Notes under the pieces: generated by a model
What the model was told of the DNA's origin: nothing
Database searches by the model: none
What the model saw: only the letters and a program-made list of their open reading frames with translations
Source of the DNA: a virus
Direction: 5' to 3' (one strand)
Virus record (IMG/VR): IMGVR_UViG_3300025288_000012
Location: 1-64,000 of that record
Length of the DNA: 64,000 nucleotides
Part shown: positions 45,978 to 56,234 of the stretch, in pieces
Numbering within the stretch: the first letter of the stretch is position 1
Layout of the letters: each line of letters opens with the position of its first letter
Made by a program: the position numbers and the translations under genes

Positions 45978-47875
45978 TTGGTTTTCCTTTCAACTTTTTT
46001 GGTCACACCCCATCCAGCCTTAAGGGCGTTTTTGAATCGTGCGGGGCCACGAATGAACAAGAGAGTGTCTAGTTCAGTCTTGGTTAGAGGTAGCAGTGAA
46101 GGCAGAGACTCACTAATAAATTTCCACGCTGTCTTTACCTTCGCTTGGTCACTGCTAAGCCGATACCAAGAGCCTACCTGTATGCCGTTAAATTCAGAAA
46201 CAAACGCTTGTAACTGTCGGATCATTCCTGTGTGGTTAATCAAGAACGAAGCAGCCTTTGTTTTGTTCTTCATGAGGCAAAGAGCAAAGAAGGTATCGAA
46301 ATAATCGTACAGGTAACCAGAAGTTGATAGCTTTGCAGCACGTGCACCTGACTTAAGGTCAGCAGCAGCATCAAGTGCAGCAGATTTCGCAGCCAGATCT
46401 GCTACTGTACTAGCTGCGTACATCTTTATGGCACTAGCAAGCTTGGGTGGTAAATTGGTATAGTTCACACCACTCTTGCGCGATTCTTTAACATCAGACA
46501 CAGGTCTAGACACAGCGAAGATACGGCTCTGCAGGGATTTGGGTAGTCTTCCCATATCGTATCCTTCGAGGACAAGTAGGAGTGACTTTAAGGCATCGTC
46601 CTCTATGGAGGTGACGTTGCCCATCGTCCGCACTATTACTTTACCCAGCAAGGACACGAAAGGCTTTCCAGTTGAGTTGCGGATAAGGAAGCTGTCAGCA
46701 TCATCACCCAATATATTCCTCAAAGCAAGGGGCGATAGGTCGGGAGTTACTAACGTAAAGTCGCCCTCGGTTTTAACCTTGTACTTAGTAGCCAGATACT
46801 TAAGGACGTCTGAATCTAGGCCACGGAAGAAGATACCAAGGTCATTCAAAGGCTTGCTGGAGTACAGCTTTATTTTGTCCCCGCCCGACAGCTTAGGTAT
46901 TTCGCTGGGTAAGAGATCCAAGTTTAGATTGAACCCCAAGTCGTAAGGCTCGCCCTTGTAGGTAACTATTCTGTTACTATGATAACTTTCGCCTTTTGCC
47001 ACCACGTAAGGCAAAGGACCCACCTCATCTTTTCTTAAGGCCTTTCTGAACGTCAACTCTCCAATTGACAGGCGTAGCTTGACGCCTTGTTTAGTAGCCT
47101 TTGAGGGTAGGAAGCGTAGTAGGTTGTTGTCCTCAAGGTACTTCATGGTCAAAGACTTAGAAATTCCTGACTGGTCAAGTCGTATAGTCTCCCACGGCTG
47201 GAAGCCGAAGAATGGGTAGACAAACGGTCTGTACTTAGGTATTACCTCGTCGTTTGTCTTACCTTTTATCTGCATAATGTCCTTACCTTCAACCTCAACC
47301 GTTACATGAGGTTGATTTTTCGAGTCGCGAAGGGAATAAATTTGTTTGTGGCCTTCAGAGACTTCGTTGCAGTAGCTGCCTACGCAATGACCCATTATCT
47401 TGCCTTCGCGGTCAAGCGACTGCATGCCTGTGACCTCTACCCAGTAGTAGCCCTGAGCTAGCTCCAGCACTACTTTCGTACCATCCTCGACGTCACTGAC
47501 GGTCTTGGCTGTCTTTAGACTCTCGTGCCACTTCTCTGACTTTGTTATGGCATAAGGCACGGACATGCGTTCAAAAGGTTCACTGGCAGCTTTCAAGTGA
47601 CGTAGGTAGTCGATAAGACGTGCAGAAATTTCCTCAACTTCACCCCATTTTACTTGCTGGAGGTCTTTCTTGGCGAAGGCAGTTTTTGCCCACTCTGGAG
47701 CACTGGCGTCTAGCTTCTCTACGTCTTGTGCGGGAGCATAATTCTGAACCCAGTTCTTGAAGGTAGACTTTATCCACTTAGCTATGGCAGGGTCGTTCTG
47801 GCCTGCAGCTATCTCAGCACAGTGCGACTTAACATCGTCAAGGAGATTGCGGGATAAGGAGACAAATAGTTTCAT
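45974..47875 (-). CDS. PcfJ-like domain protein with MKLFVSLS tag
   Basis: SLDREGKIMGHCVGSY...IYSLRD...PHVTVEV...QIKGKTN is the PcfJ pattern. Confidence 0.7.
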   Translation of the reverse strand: MKLFVSLSRNLLDDVKSHCAEIAAGQNDPAIAKWIKSTFKNWVQNYAPAQDVEKLDASAPEWAKTAFAKKDLQQVKWGEVEEISARLIDYLRHLKAASEPFERMSVPYAITKSEKWHESLKTAKTVSDVEDGTKVVLELAQGYYWVEVTGMQSLDREGKIMGHCVGSYCNEVSEGHKQIYSLRDSKNQPHVTVEVEGKDIMQIKGKTNDEVIPKYRPFVYPFFGFQPWETIRLDQSGISKSLTMKYLEDNNLLRFLPSKATKQGVKLRLSIGELTFRKALRKDEVGPLPYVVAKGESYHSNRIVTYKGEPYDLGFNLNLDLLPSEIPKLSGGDKIKLYSSKPLNDLGIFFRGLDSDVLKYLATKYKVKTEGDFTLVTPDLSPLALRNILGDDADSFLIRNSTGKPFVSLLGKVIVRTMGNVTSIEDDALKSLLLVLEGYDMGRLPKSLQSRIFAVSRPVSDVKESRKSGVNYTNLPPKLASAIKMYAASTVADLAAKSAALDAAADLKSGARAAKLSTSGYLYDYFDTFFALCLMKNKTKAASFLINHTGMIRQLQAFVSEFNGIQVGSWYRLSSDQAKVKTAWKFISESLPSLLPLTKTELDTLLFIRGPARFKNALKAGWGVTKKVERKTK

Positions 47876-48429
47876 GACTTGGGCCCTAATAGAATGTTCT
47901 GAGTGTTTGATGCTGCAACATCGTAAGAGTGCTGCAACGCTTTAGTAATTTCTTTGACTATTGTTTCTATGGTGTCCATTGCAAACTTAGTTTCTTTTGG
48001 TGTAGTTGTTTCTTTAGCCAAGGTACGCAACTGGTAGAACGAATTGACGATGACCTGTCCCATTGCCTGAGAGAATGGTTGAAGCACATCCTTAACAAGC
48101 ATGTCAACCTGACCAGTCATGTCAGTCATGGTGCGAATGTCAGCAATAACCTCACGCTGCTGACTAAGTAACGTACAAAGGGCGTAGTAATTACGCCCGG
48201 AAGGGTTTGACACAGCATCACGTTTAGCTTGCCTTACCAATGTACGGAGAGATTTGTACATGTAAAGGTACTCTTGCAAGTACTCTTTATCACCCATTAC
48301 TGCTTCAGCCTTTTCTATTATCTGCTGGTCTTTTTCAACTGACCTCGCTAGACGTGCAGCTTTCTCCTTAGCCCTAGCAGGAGAACGGGGTTTTCTTTTC
48401 TTGCGGGTGATCTCTATTTCATCAGTCAT
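47872..48429 (-). CDS. Helical hypothetical protein with basic N-terminus
   Basis: 185-aa ORF with overlapping boundaries. Confidence 0.55.
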   Translation of the reverse strand: MTDEIEITRKKRKPRSPARAKEKAARLARSVEKDQQIIEKAEAVMGDKEYLQEYLYMYKSLRTLVRQAKRDAVSNPSGRNYYALCTLLSQQREVIADIRTMTDMTGQVDMLVKDVLQPFSQAMGQVIVNSFYQLRTLAKETTTPKETKFAMDTIETIVKEITKALQHSYDVAASNTQNILLGPKS

Positions 48430-48707
48430 GAGTTGTACAGTGTACAGTAGGAGCGCAGTCGATTGTTGAAGTCAGTGCACCCCTTAGACAACCTGATTAG
48501 GTCGTGCAATTCATCAAGTTGCTCTTTCATTTCCTTGAGTATGAGGGACTCTGCACTACGCGAGTCGTCATGAAAGCTCAAGTTGTCAACGTAGGACCGT
48601 TGGTTCACAAAGTCTCTGGAAAGGCATTCGGCATGAGCAGTTAAGACACTTGTGGTATCTTCTCCAGGTAACAAGTCAGTGGGTAACTGAAGTTTAACAC
48701 TGCTCAT
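48426..48707 (-). CDS. Hypothetical protein
   Basis: AAGGA SD. Confidence 0.5.
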   Translation of the reverse strand: MSSVKLQLPTDLLPGEDTTSVLTAHAECLSRDFVNQRSYVDNLSFHDDSRSAESLILKEMKEQLDELHDLIRLSKGCTDFNNRLRSYCTLYNS

Positions 48708-48717
48708 GCTGAGTCCT

Positions 48718-49365
48718 TTACGCTGCTTCCGTCAAAGCTTTCTTTGCTGCACGGAATTTGGCCATGTCGGATTTGCTGATACTGACAACGTTGTCCGCGC
48801 CCAGTTTCACCAATACGACTTTGCCGAACATCGACTGCGACTCGACTACGTTTGCCTCATTCAGACCAGCCTTACCCAGCAGATCCTTCAGCATACCGAG
48901 GGACGAGTCGAACACTTTCAAATCGGCTTCACGAACGGCGCCACGAATCTTCGTCGCCTTTGTTTTTACAGAGTCAGATTTGGTTACATGGCGCTTGATG
49001 GCAGCATGGGCAAGTTTGATCTGTGCAGCCAGTGCAGCTGTAACACCAGGCAACTTCGGAGCAAGGATGGGCAACAGGAGCTTGACGTTGGGATTGGTCG
49101 TAATACGCTTGCGGAAAGTCAGCTTGACAGCACGTTGGGACATGTACTTAACGTCAAGCTTCTTCTCTTTGGCCGCACTGTAACCGATCGGTTTGGCCTT
49201 GCGAGGGTAGTAGTACGCACCCAGAACCTGGGCGTTACCCCCTTCGGGAGTTATGTACTTCGCAGCACGTTCACCCAAGGTGATGATCTTGGGCAAGTTC
49301 ACCATACCGTCGGCCAAGAGGTATGGATTGGGTGCTGCCGACAACGAGATGATTTCTTTAGACAT
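48718..49365 (-). CDS. Basic putative virion protein (MSKEIISLSAA)
   Basis: AGGA SD, host-like codon bias, K/A-rich. Confidence 0.65.
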   Translation of the reverse strand: MSKEIISLSAAPNPYLLADGMVNLPKIITLGERAAKYITPEGGNAQVLGAYYYPRKAKPIGYSAAKEKKLDVKYMSQRAVKLTFRKRITTNPNVKLLLPILAPKLPGVTAALAAQIKLAHAAIKRHVTKSDSVKTKATKIRGAVREADLKVFDSSLGMLKDLLGKAGLNEANVVESQSMFGKVVLVKLGADNVVSISKSDMAKFRAAKKALTEAA

Positions 49366-49430
49366 GATGATTCCTAGACGTAGTGGTTAACGATAAAAAT
49401 TACTGGTGTGACCTGTTCGCGTGCCCTCAT

Positions 49431-49649
49431 TTACCTTAGGTTTAGACGAAGTGAGTGCCTGCAGTCGTCTGGCAATAACAAGTGAGTTGGAACTAGGAAT
49501 TTTACCTTTATATTTCTCCTTGAATACCGCGAATTTAGCCCTGACTGCAGCGCTTTGCTACTGCGATTACGCTGGACGTTGCTGTGTACCTTCTCAAGCA
49601 AGGAGAGAAGCAAAGATGAGCCAGCGGAAAGTGACACCAGTAGTTTCAT
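49431..49649 (-). CDS. Small protein with MKLLVSLS tag; possible frameshift at ~49555
   Basis: An alternative frame after the AAA run reads SAAVRAKFAVFKEKYKGK...FYR* to 49387. Confidence 0.5.
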   Translation of the reverse strand: MKLLVSLSAGSSLLLSLLEKVHSNVQRNRSSKALQSGLNSRYSRRNIKVKFLVPTHLLLPDDCRHSLRLNLR

Positions 49650-50464
49650 AGCGTACTCCCACGGGCGTTAGACTGAATCCAGTTCCAAGCTATAGTACTA
49701 AGCTCTTCACGGCTAGCCGTGGCAAGACGTGTCAACTTCTCAATTTTCCGAGCAGAGGCAGTTGAACCATCGTGGGCATAGATAACACAAGCAGCTTCCA
49801 GGTGGTCCATAGCATCTGCTAGCTGCAACGACACCATATCAAGGTCAGCTTCCCTTGTGTCGGCGTCACGTATCGCAAACTTGTACAGTCGAGGTACGCT
49901 GCTCGTAAGGATGTCCTGAGCCACAGCAACTGCAGCCTTGTCACGCCCAGACTTTACAAGTTCCCTTGCAGGAGCTGCACTAAACAAAGGCAAAACCTTA
50001 AGTATCGCTGCACCCCAATCACCATCCTTTTTAGAGATAGCATCGAGCTTCTTTGCGATAGCACGGAACTTCTTGACAAGCCCGAGATTGAAAGTCCATG
50101 CGGTAGGCTGAGCAGACTTCAAGGCAGCGTTAAGAGCCTTGCTGACCTCAGCAAAGTTCGATGCCTCACCTGCTTTCTTACCTGCCTCTTTAGCCCGCTT
50201 GAGAACGTAGGCTATATCAATGTCGTCCAAGGTGTAGAGGAGTGTCGGACCACCAGTCTTAGTGATAAGACGTGAGTCTTTACCATTGGACGACTTACGG
50301 ATACCGAACAAGTCACCTTTCCTCAAGGTGTCACTTTTACCACGCCTTTCCAGTCCAAAAGGAACACCCGCAGTGTACTCATACCAGGTGTAAGTTCCGG
50401 TGTCCTTAACTGCAGACACCGAAAGCTGAGCAACAGCCGTTGCTAAAGAGACAGTAAGTTTCAT
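49646..50464 (-). CDS. Putative internal virion protein with MKLTVSLA tag
   Basis: GGAGG SD; SH3-like N-terminal part (FGLERRG...KGDLFGIR) plus helical C-terminus. Confidence 0.6.
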   Translation of the reverse strand: MKLTVSLATAVAQLSVSAVKDTGTYTWYEYTAGVPFGLERRGKSDTLRKGDLFGIRKSSNGKDSRLITKTGGPTLLYTLDDIDIAYVLKRAKEAGKKAGEASNFAEVSKALNAALKSAQPTAWTFNLGLVKKFRAIAKKLDAISKKDGDWGAAILKVLPLFSAAPARELVKSGRDKAAVAVAQDILTSSVPRLYKFAIRDADTREADLDMVSLQLADAMDHLEAACVIYAHDGSTASARKIEKLTRLATASREELSTIAWNWIQSNARGSTL

Positions 50465-50478
50465 TGCAGCCCTCCAGA

Positions 50479-51348
50479 TCAGCAGAACGAATGTTGCTTG
50501 ATGCGCTTGGCGAATTCAAGGAAGAACTTCGGGTCGCTGTTGTAGATGCGCTTATAGTAGTCGATCATGTAGTTGATGTCTACACGGCCAGAGCTTAATG
50601 CTACTTCCTGGTCAACAACTTCTTCGGTGTTCAGAGCGGGCTCGGGGAAGCCTTCCTGATTGTGAACGTCCACAACCGCATCGGTTTTGATGACTTCCGC
50701 TTCTTTGGCACCTTGTTGTAGAACCAGAGCTTCGTCTTCGTCAGTAGTTGCAACCACGAAACCCATGACAACCTGATTATTCAGATCAACGTAGGAAACG
50801 TAGGAACCACCTTGCACTTGAGAGGCAATGGCGCTGCACATAGCTTGCAGTTGACCATACTCATGAGAGCTGCGGTGTCCAGCAGAAGCGGTTGCTTCCA
50901 GCAAGTTCAGCAGGCTGAGGTCATCCTCGGAGCTGGTCTTGATAAGGATATCGCCGGCCACAGTACGCTTCAGTGCCCACATGTCCTTTTCGTCATCCAT
51001 GAACATGTTGGAGGATATGGCGCGGAAACCTTTCAGTGCATTTTCGTCAACGGCCACTATCTCGCGAACCTTGCCCACGACACCGGTGATACGGTCGGTG
51101 AAAGCGCCACTCGACACGGTAACGAAGGACTCACGAACTGCCTCGAAACGACCTTGCAGTTTGCGACCAATCGAGGCCAGGATAAGGGCGGCGTTACCGC
51201 GACTCTTGGAAGAATGGGTAACGTCGATTACTACACGGGCCATATCCTTGCCCGCAGATGAGTAGCTCTTCAGCTCAATGGTCGGTTCATCGGACTTGAC
51301 CTGACCGATGGCGGCGTGGATGGAATGATCGTGTCTAGCGTTTTTCAT
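50479..51348 (-). CDS. Putative virion structural protein
   Basis: AGGAG SD, strong C-ending codon bias (high expression), RTAATTT motif upstream. Confidence 0.55.
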   Translation of the reverse strand: MKNARHDHSIHAAIGQVKSDEPTIELKSYSSAGKDMARVVIDVTHSSKSRGNAALILASIGRKLQGRFEAVRESFVTVSSGAFTDRITGVVGKVREIVAVDENALKGFRAISSNMFMDDEKDMWALKRTVAGDILIKTSSEDDLSLLNLLEATASAGHRSSHEYGQLQAMCSAIASQVQGGSYVSYVDLNNQVVMGFVVATTDEDEALVLQQGAKEAEVIKTDAVVDVHNQEGFPEPALNTEEVVDQEVALSSGRVDINYMIDYYKRIYNSDPKFFLEFAKRIKQHSFC

Positions 51349-51412
51349 GAAAAACTCCTTGAAGTGTTAAAAATGCGACGAGCAAGTCACATGGGATTAA
51401 ATTACAAAACCA

Positions 51413-52540
51413 CTACCTATGACCAATAAAGACTGGGATACCAAAAGGTAGACGGGTTGTTGGTGCATTTATCAAACCTAAGGTTCCCTTAGACGAGGCA
51501 ACATTAAGATTCTTGCTTCCAATTGATCCATCACCTGACCTAAGACCTTGAACTGCAAGTTTGGCCTTCATAGGAACTACCTTGTCACTTATTGCCGACT
51601 CTATACGACCTAGTGCTGCATCCAACTGTGGAGTCCTATCCACATTAAGAGAGATACCTTGACCAGAAAAATCAAAGGACAAACTTCCTTCTGCTAGAAG
51701 CTGAGCACTCAAGGCGTAGTAACATGAACAAGTAAGCCACCCATCCAGAAGTACACCCTGCATATTCATGCCATTCCATGAACTAGGCTGCCCTACTCCA
51801 TTGAACAAATACAGACCACGCTCAAGGTACGACACTAAATCACCTGAAGTGTATTGCAGCTCAGGTATGGTATTTTCAATTCTAGACTTGTTAAGGAAGT
51901 CCTCTAGGAAGTTCATCGCTAGAAGAATCTGAGGCGTTATGGTCCACATCTTGTACACGAAGGACCTGCTGGTGCCGCCCTGGGGTGTAACGTCTACCTT
52001 CAGTAGAGCTGCTTGCAGTGAAGGCTCAGGGAACACCAGAGGCAGCAAGATGCTGGTCTTATCAACGGTACGAGTTATAGCGTTGGACGAATTTATATCA
52101 CCAGGTGTAGAAAGAATGGGCTCATTGTTGAAGTATATTTGGTACGTACCCGTATCGGCTGCTGCAAAGTGTGTAGGCAAGACTAAGGTGAACGTTGCGT
52201 CACCCCACAAGGCTATTACGTCAGACTCCCGGTACTCTGTCTTCGGTTCAACAATGACTGCAGAGGTTTCTCGGAACTTGTCACCTTGAGGCGTGTGGAA
52301 TACCCACACCAAACGTAGTTCCTGCTTAGTGGACACACCCATCGTAGGAATACTTACGTTCGCAACCCACACACCAGGAGTAGCTGAAGGCGATGCGGTG
52401 CTTAGGCTTAGCACAGCCTTAGAGTCGTCGTACAGACGTACTTTAGGGTATCCGGCTGCTGCAATTAGTGGTACATCAGCATCGTCTAAGAACTCTTGAG
52501 AGGCGGAAAGAACTGTTCCGTCTACGGCATTATAGATCAT
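51413..52540 (-). CDS. Putative neck/head-tail adaptor with N-terminal Ig-like domains
   Basis: Beta-rich N-terminus; C-terminal FLNKSR...YLERGL...FDFSGQGISLNVDR resembles jumbo-phage adaptors. Confidence 0.45.
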   Translation of the reverse strand: MIYNAVDGTVLSASQEFLDDADVPLIAAAGYPKVRLYDDSKAVLSLSTASPSATPGVWVANVSIPTMGVSTKQELRLVWVFHTPQGDKFRETSAVIVEPKTEYRESDVIALWGDATFTLVLPTHFAAADTGTYQIYFNNEPILSTPGDINSSNAITRTVDKTSILLPLVFPEPSLQAALLKVDVTPQGGTSRSFVYKMWTITPQILLAMNFLEDFLNKSRIENTIPELQYTSGDLVSYLERGLYLFNGVGQPSSWNGMNMQGVLLDGWLTCSCYYALSAQLLAEGSLSFDFSGQGISLNVDRTPQLDAALGRIESAISDKVVPMKAKLAVQGLRSGDGSIGSKNLNVASSKGTLGLINAPTTRLPFGIPVFIGHR

Positions 52541-52549
52541 GGATGTTCC

Positions 52550-53689
52550 TCAACTGAAGGATATGTTTTGAACTAGCTTGTCAGTGTACGCAGCATCTGC
52601 TGAGAACATCTTCTGAGCCACGTGGTCAACAGGCATGAAAAGCTGTCCCAGGTTTGTATCTGGTCCTTCAAAGGCCTTTACCATGTAGGCTGCGCGTTGT
52701 CGAAGCTGCCCCCACAGCCTGCTATCGGTTGAGTAGTCTAGTTCTATCTTAGAATGACCTGTTGACACAAGGCTATCAACTACAGCTGGTGCAAGCACAT
52801 CTTCGGCCGACTCGAAATCCGTATCAGAGGTGTTTATGCTTTGGATTAGTCGAATCAAACTATTGGACAGGTGGTCAAGTATGGTGTTCTTTGATACAGT
52901 GGGGAAACCAATCAGCTCTTTCGCAGGTGCTGATAGTCTGTTCAGGTCAGTTGTGTGAAGCTCTGCAAAGTAATACAGGGCTACTTCAGCTGTTATCATC
53001 TTTGAGGTAAGGAGATTGGGTGCGTATCTCCAGATCAGAGGATTGAACACCCACAAGTAATATGGAGTAGACGTTAGAATTTTGTACAGGCTACTTGACC
53101 CTACACCCTCTTTTAGGTATTTCAGTCCTTTGTCGTACTGAGCATCGTAGGAGTCGATCTCGTAGAAACGGCTGAACTTCGCCAAGGACTTTGTCATAAC
53201 ACCCAGTATGTTGTACAGGTAGGCTAGGTGTTCAGTGTACAAAGCATGGCACCCAAAACGAGCACATTCAGTACCAGTTAGGCCGATAGTTGTGAAGGCT
53301 GATTGTGATTTGCGATTACCAAACTGACTAACTGAATTGGAGCGTTTATTCTTGACCGTCAACTTCATTTCATTTGGGTCGTCGTACAAGTCGTAGGCAA
53401 AGGTGAACGTCAATTGCCTATTAGCTGGACACACGTCTTCAGGCGGAGGCTTAGACACTCCTCTGGAGAAACTCGAAGGTCTAGAGAAAATATTGACCAA
53501 CGTGAAGTTAATCTTGGACGAGCTAAACCTGGGTGAACTGATCAACTTAGAGGCAAGAAATTCGTAGAGCTCACCAGTTTTTATCTGCAGGAACTTCGGC
53601 TTGAGGAAGAACATGGCAGAAGCCGCAGACATGTGGAACACGCTACCTCGAAAAGTAACGGACTGGTAAGTGTGAAACTTAGGTTTCAT
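52550..53689 (-). CDS. Hypothetical protein
   Basis: 379-aa ORF in operon. Confidence 0.55.
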   Translation of the reverse strand: MKPKFHTYQSVTFRGSVFHMSAASAMFFLKPKFLQIKTGELYEFLASKLISSPRFSSSKINFTLVNIFSRPSSFSRGVSKPPPEDVCPANRQLTFTFAYDLYDDPNEMKLTVKNKRSNSVSQFGNRKSQSAFTTIGLTGTECARFGCHALYTEHLAYLYNILGVMTKSLAKFSRFYEIDSYDAQYDKGLKYLKEGVGSSSLYKILTSTPYYLWVFNPLIWRYAPNLLTSKMITAEVALYYFAELHTTDLNRLSAPAKELIGFPTVSKNTILDHLSNSLIRLIQSINTSDTDFESAEDVLAPAVVDSLVSTGHSKIELDYSTDSRLWGQLRQRAAYMVKAFEGPDTNLGQLFMPVDHVAQKMFSADAAYTDKLVQNISFS

Positions 53690-54969
53690 AAGAAACTCTT
53701 GAGTGCTTTTTTGATAGCAGTGAGCTCTTCAGGCGTAAGGTCTAGTGCAGACTGAAGCTCTTGCAGCTTCGTCAAGTTGAGTAACAGTGTTGACTTGTCG
53801 TCAGCACGCAGATCCGGTGTGAGGATAAAGTGGATGGAGGTTCTTCCTCCAGCTGCCTTGACGATTTTCCGCTTGAACACCGACTTAGAGCGAGAGGTAA
53901 GACCAACTACAGACTTTAGCAGCGGTATTATCTGCGTAACGATAGAGTTGAACTTGGAAGGTGGGATGTTTGGCTTCAGATAGACGATTATGGCGTCATC
54001 TTTAACATCTGCACTCGACACATAAGGAATCTTGTTTATGCCCTTGGAGTTCAACTGCTCTTTAGTAGCAGGCATTGGGCGACGTTCAGCGTCACTAAGT
54101 ATGTCATTGGCACCAAGTAGGAACTTAATCCGCTGAAGTGCAGCTTTCTCATTGGGCACTTCCTTACCTAGATCATACTTGCCCGGTACCTTGAAATCAG
54201 GCAACGTATTCAGGTAATATGTGATGGCGTTATCCTTGACCACACCTGTCAGAACAATGTAGAACTCTGAGTAAGTGAATCCCTTGTCATCCTTTAGGTC
54301 CTGAAGGCACAGGTAGAGCGAGAACCACAATTGGTCTTTACCAGTGGACACATAGACAAGCTCAGTTATGTCAGAGTAAGTCTTGGGATCAACTGTGTCC
54401 AGAACAAAGCCGATAAGGCGAGTTATCAAGGTCTTCATTTCTGAAGGTACATGCTTATCTGCGATGCGGCTAAGAGTAGTCAGAGCCTTATTGATAGCGG
54501 AATTTGCCTCGTTCTTCAGAGCTTTAGCGGCAGCTAGTGCAGCAGCCTGGTTCTTTGTTCCCTCAAACGACTGGGACAACAAGGCTTCAACCGCGTCAAG
54601 CTCGCTTGTGTTGTCGTATAGGCTTTGCACTATACCTACGCTGGACTGGATCTTGTCAAGTGGTGGGACGACAAACTTCTTGAGCTTCACACCAAGGGAA
54701 CTGGCAGTTGGTGCAGTCTTAGTGTTGATACGTCTAGATGACGGACTAGGTACCTTAACCGTCTGAATCTTGATCTCGTCAGTCTCTTCAATCTTCTTGG
54801 CCGAAGTGGAAGATAACACCTCAACTAAGTCTCCTACAAGGATTGAATTGTGCTTAATCTCCTTAGCGATTTCTCGTAGGATTGCAGTAAGATCGTTGAC
54901 TGACCGAGCTTTTCGTATGGCCGAATGCCTTTTCTCGGTAGAAGAGCTCGATAGCATTAGCTTGCTCAT
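53686..54969 (-). CDS. Putative virion protein (MSKLMLSSS)
   Basis: 427-aa ORF with RTAATTT upstream and SxS motifs in the N-terminal region. Confidence 0.55.
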   Translation of the reverse strand: MSKLMLSSSSTEKRHSAIRKARSVNDLTAILREIAKEIKHNSILVGDLVEVLSSTSAKKIEETDEIKIQTVKVPSPSSRRINTKTAPTASSLGVKLKKFVVPPLDKIQSSVGIVQSLYDNTSELDAVEALLSQSFEGTKNQAAALAAAKALKNEANSAINKALTTLSRIADKHVPSEMKTLITRLIGFVLDTVDPKTYSDITELVYVSTGKDQLWFSLYLCLQDLKDDKGFTYSEFYIVLTGVVKDNAITYYLNTLPDFKVPGKYDLGKEVPNEKAALQRIKFLLGANDILSDAERRPMPATKEQLNSKGINKIPYVSSADVKDDAIIVYLKPNIPPSKFNSIVTQIIPLLKSVVGLTSRSKSVFKRKIVKAAGGRTSIHFILTPDLRADDKSTLLLNLTKLQELQSALDLTPEELTAIKKALKSFL

Positions 54970-55043
54970 TGGTGTTCACCTAGTGTCGTTTAACGTATGA
55001 AAATTATGAATTATTGTCCACAACTGATTCTGTTAGCATCATA

Positions 55044-55433
55044 CTAAGGTGATCCCATAAGGTCAGTTTGCTCCTCCATTTCCTTTATTACTGCCCTGAT
55101 GTTGGCTAGTATCTGGTTACGTTGAGTCTCGTAGAAGCCAGAAACACTAGCGCTTTCCTCTATAGCTGGATACTTCAACAGCAAGTTCACAAAAGGACGA
55201 AGTATGTCGAAGTACCCTTTGGAATTCTCGGATAGGCACTGACGATAACGCTGCATGTAGTGCATCAAAATTTCACCAGCGTGCATTAGGTCGTTGTCAT
55301 TGCGACGTTTCAGATAACCAAATATCTGAAGTGCATAGTTCATTTGAATCATTCGCAGAGCTATTGGGTAGAGTTCGTTAGGTGAGGTCATATTATTACC
55401 TAAATTTAAGTGTGAAAGTAAGAAACGGGCCAC
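55044..55433 (-). CDS. Hypothetical protein
   Basis: Likely start is the internal ATG (MTSPNEL) with AGGT SD. Confidence 0.5.
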   Translation of the reverse strand: MARFLLSHLNLGNNMTSPNELYPIALRMIQMNYALQIFGYLKRRNDNDLMHAGEILMHYMQRYRQCLSENSKGYFDILRPFVNLLLKYPAIEESASVSGFYETQRNQILANIRAVIKEMEEQTDLMGSP

Positions 55434-55448
55434 TAGGGTCCGTTTCTT
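55420..55448 (-). terminator. Terminator downstream of the H1-like gene
   Basis: AAGAAACGGGCC/GGTCCGTTTCTT hairpin. Confidence 0.65.
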
Positions 55449-55479
55449 GTGCTGCGTACTCAGTCCAACCGAGTGCTAA

Positions 55480-56112
55480 TTACTTAGCCCGCGGGCGAGT
55501 CACCTTGCGAGCTGCCGGGCGGGCGGTGGTACGAGCCTTACGAGCGGCGGGCTTGGTAGCGCGGGGCGTACGAGCCTTACGAGCGGCGGGCTTGGTAGCG
55601 CGGGGCTTGCGAGCTGCCGGGCGGGCGGTGGTACGAGCCTTACGAGCGGCGGGCTTGGTAGCGCGGGGCGTACGAGCCTTACGAGCGGCGGGCTTGGTAG
55701 CGCGGGGCTTGCGAGCTGCAGGTTTGGCTGCGCGAACCTTGGCGGCCTTCTTCACCTTCGGGCTGGCTTTGGCGGACTTGGCGATCTTGGCGTTGATCTT
55801 GTGCTGATTGACTTTACGGGTCTTGGCGGCCTTCTTGGCACGCAGAGACTTTTCAGCCTTGGTCATCTTCTTGGCTGCGAGCTTGGCAGTCTTGGAGGCA
55901 ACCTTGTCGATCTTGATCTTGCCGTCACGCTTGAGCTTGGCAACCTTCAGCTTTGCGGCTTCGGTCTTGGGGGCATGGGTCTTGCGAGCGGGCCGGGCTG
56001 CGGGAGAAGCAGCGCGGGTTTTACGAGCGGGCTTTGCGGCGGGAGAAGCAGCGCGGGTTTTACGAGCGGGCCGGGCTGCGGGAGCGGCTGCCTTACGGGT
56101 ACGAATTGCCAT
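55480..56112 (-). CDS. Histone H1/Hc2/AlgP-like basic DNA-binding protein
   Basis: Almost entirely K/R/A/P/T, with repeated KPAARK/RPAARK units; AAGGAG SD. Confidence 0.85.
   Translation of the reverse strand: MAIRTRKAAAPAARPARKTRAASPAAKPARKTRAASPAARPARKTHAPKTEAAKLKVAKLKRDGKIKIDKVASKTAKLAAKKMTKAEKSLRAKKAAKTRKVNQHKINAKIAKSAKASPKVKKAAKVRAAKPAARKPRATKPAARKARTPRATKPAARKARTTARPAARKPRATKPAARKARTPRATKPAARKARTTARPAARKVTRPRAK
55504..55719. repeat. Perfect 102-bp (34-aa) tandem repeat, ~2.1 copies, with internal sub-repeats
   Basis: CTTGCGAGCTGC recurs at 55504, 55606 and 55708 with identical intervening sequence. Confidence 0.9.
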
Positions 56113-56234
56113 TTTGAAACTCCTTAAGAGTGGTTAACAAACATGATGCGTTTAGCAACTTGTGCACCTTTGCACAAATCGTGAAAAAAAATTATTAACA
56201 TCAACAATAAAACACAAAGATTGAAAATAAATTT

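Noticed and set aside
50479..51348. Major capsid protein
   Set aside because: Highly expressed-looking, but no HK97-fold features recognisable; the capsid gene is probably outside the window.
55504..55719. Direct repeats as a CRISPR array
   Set aside because: Contiguous in-frame coding repeats with no unique spacers.
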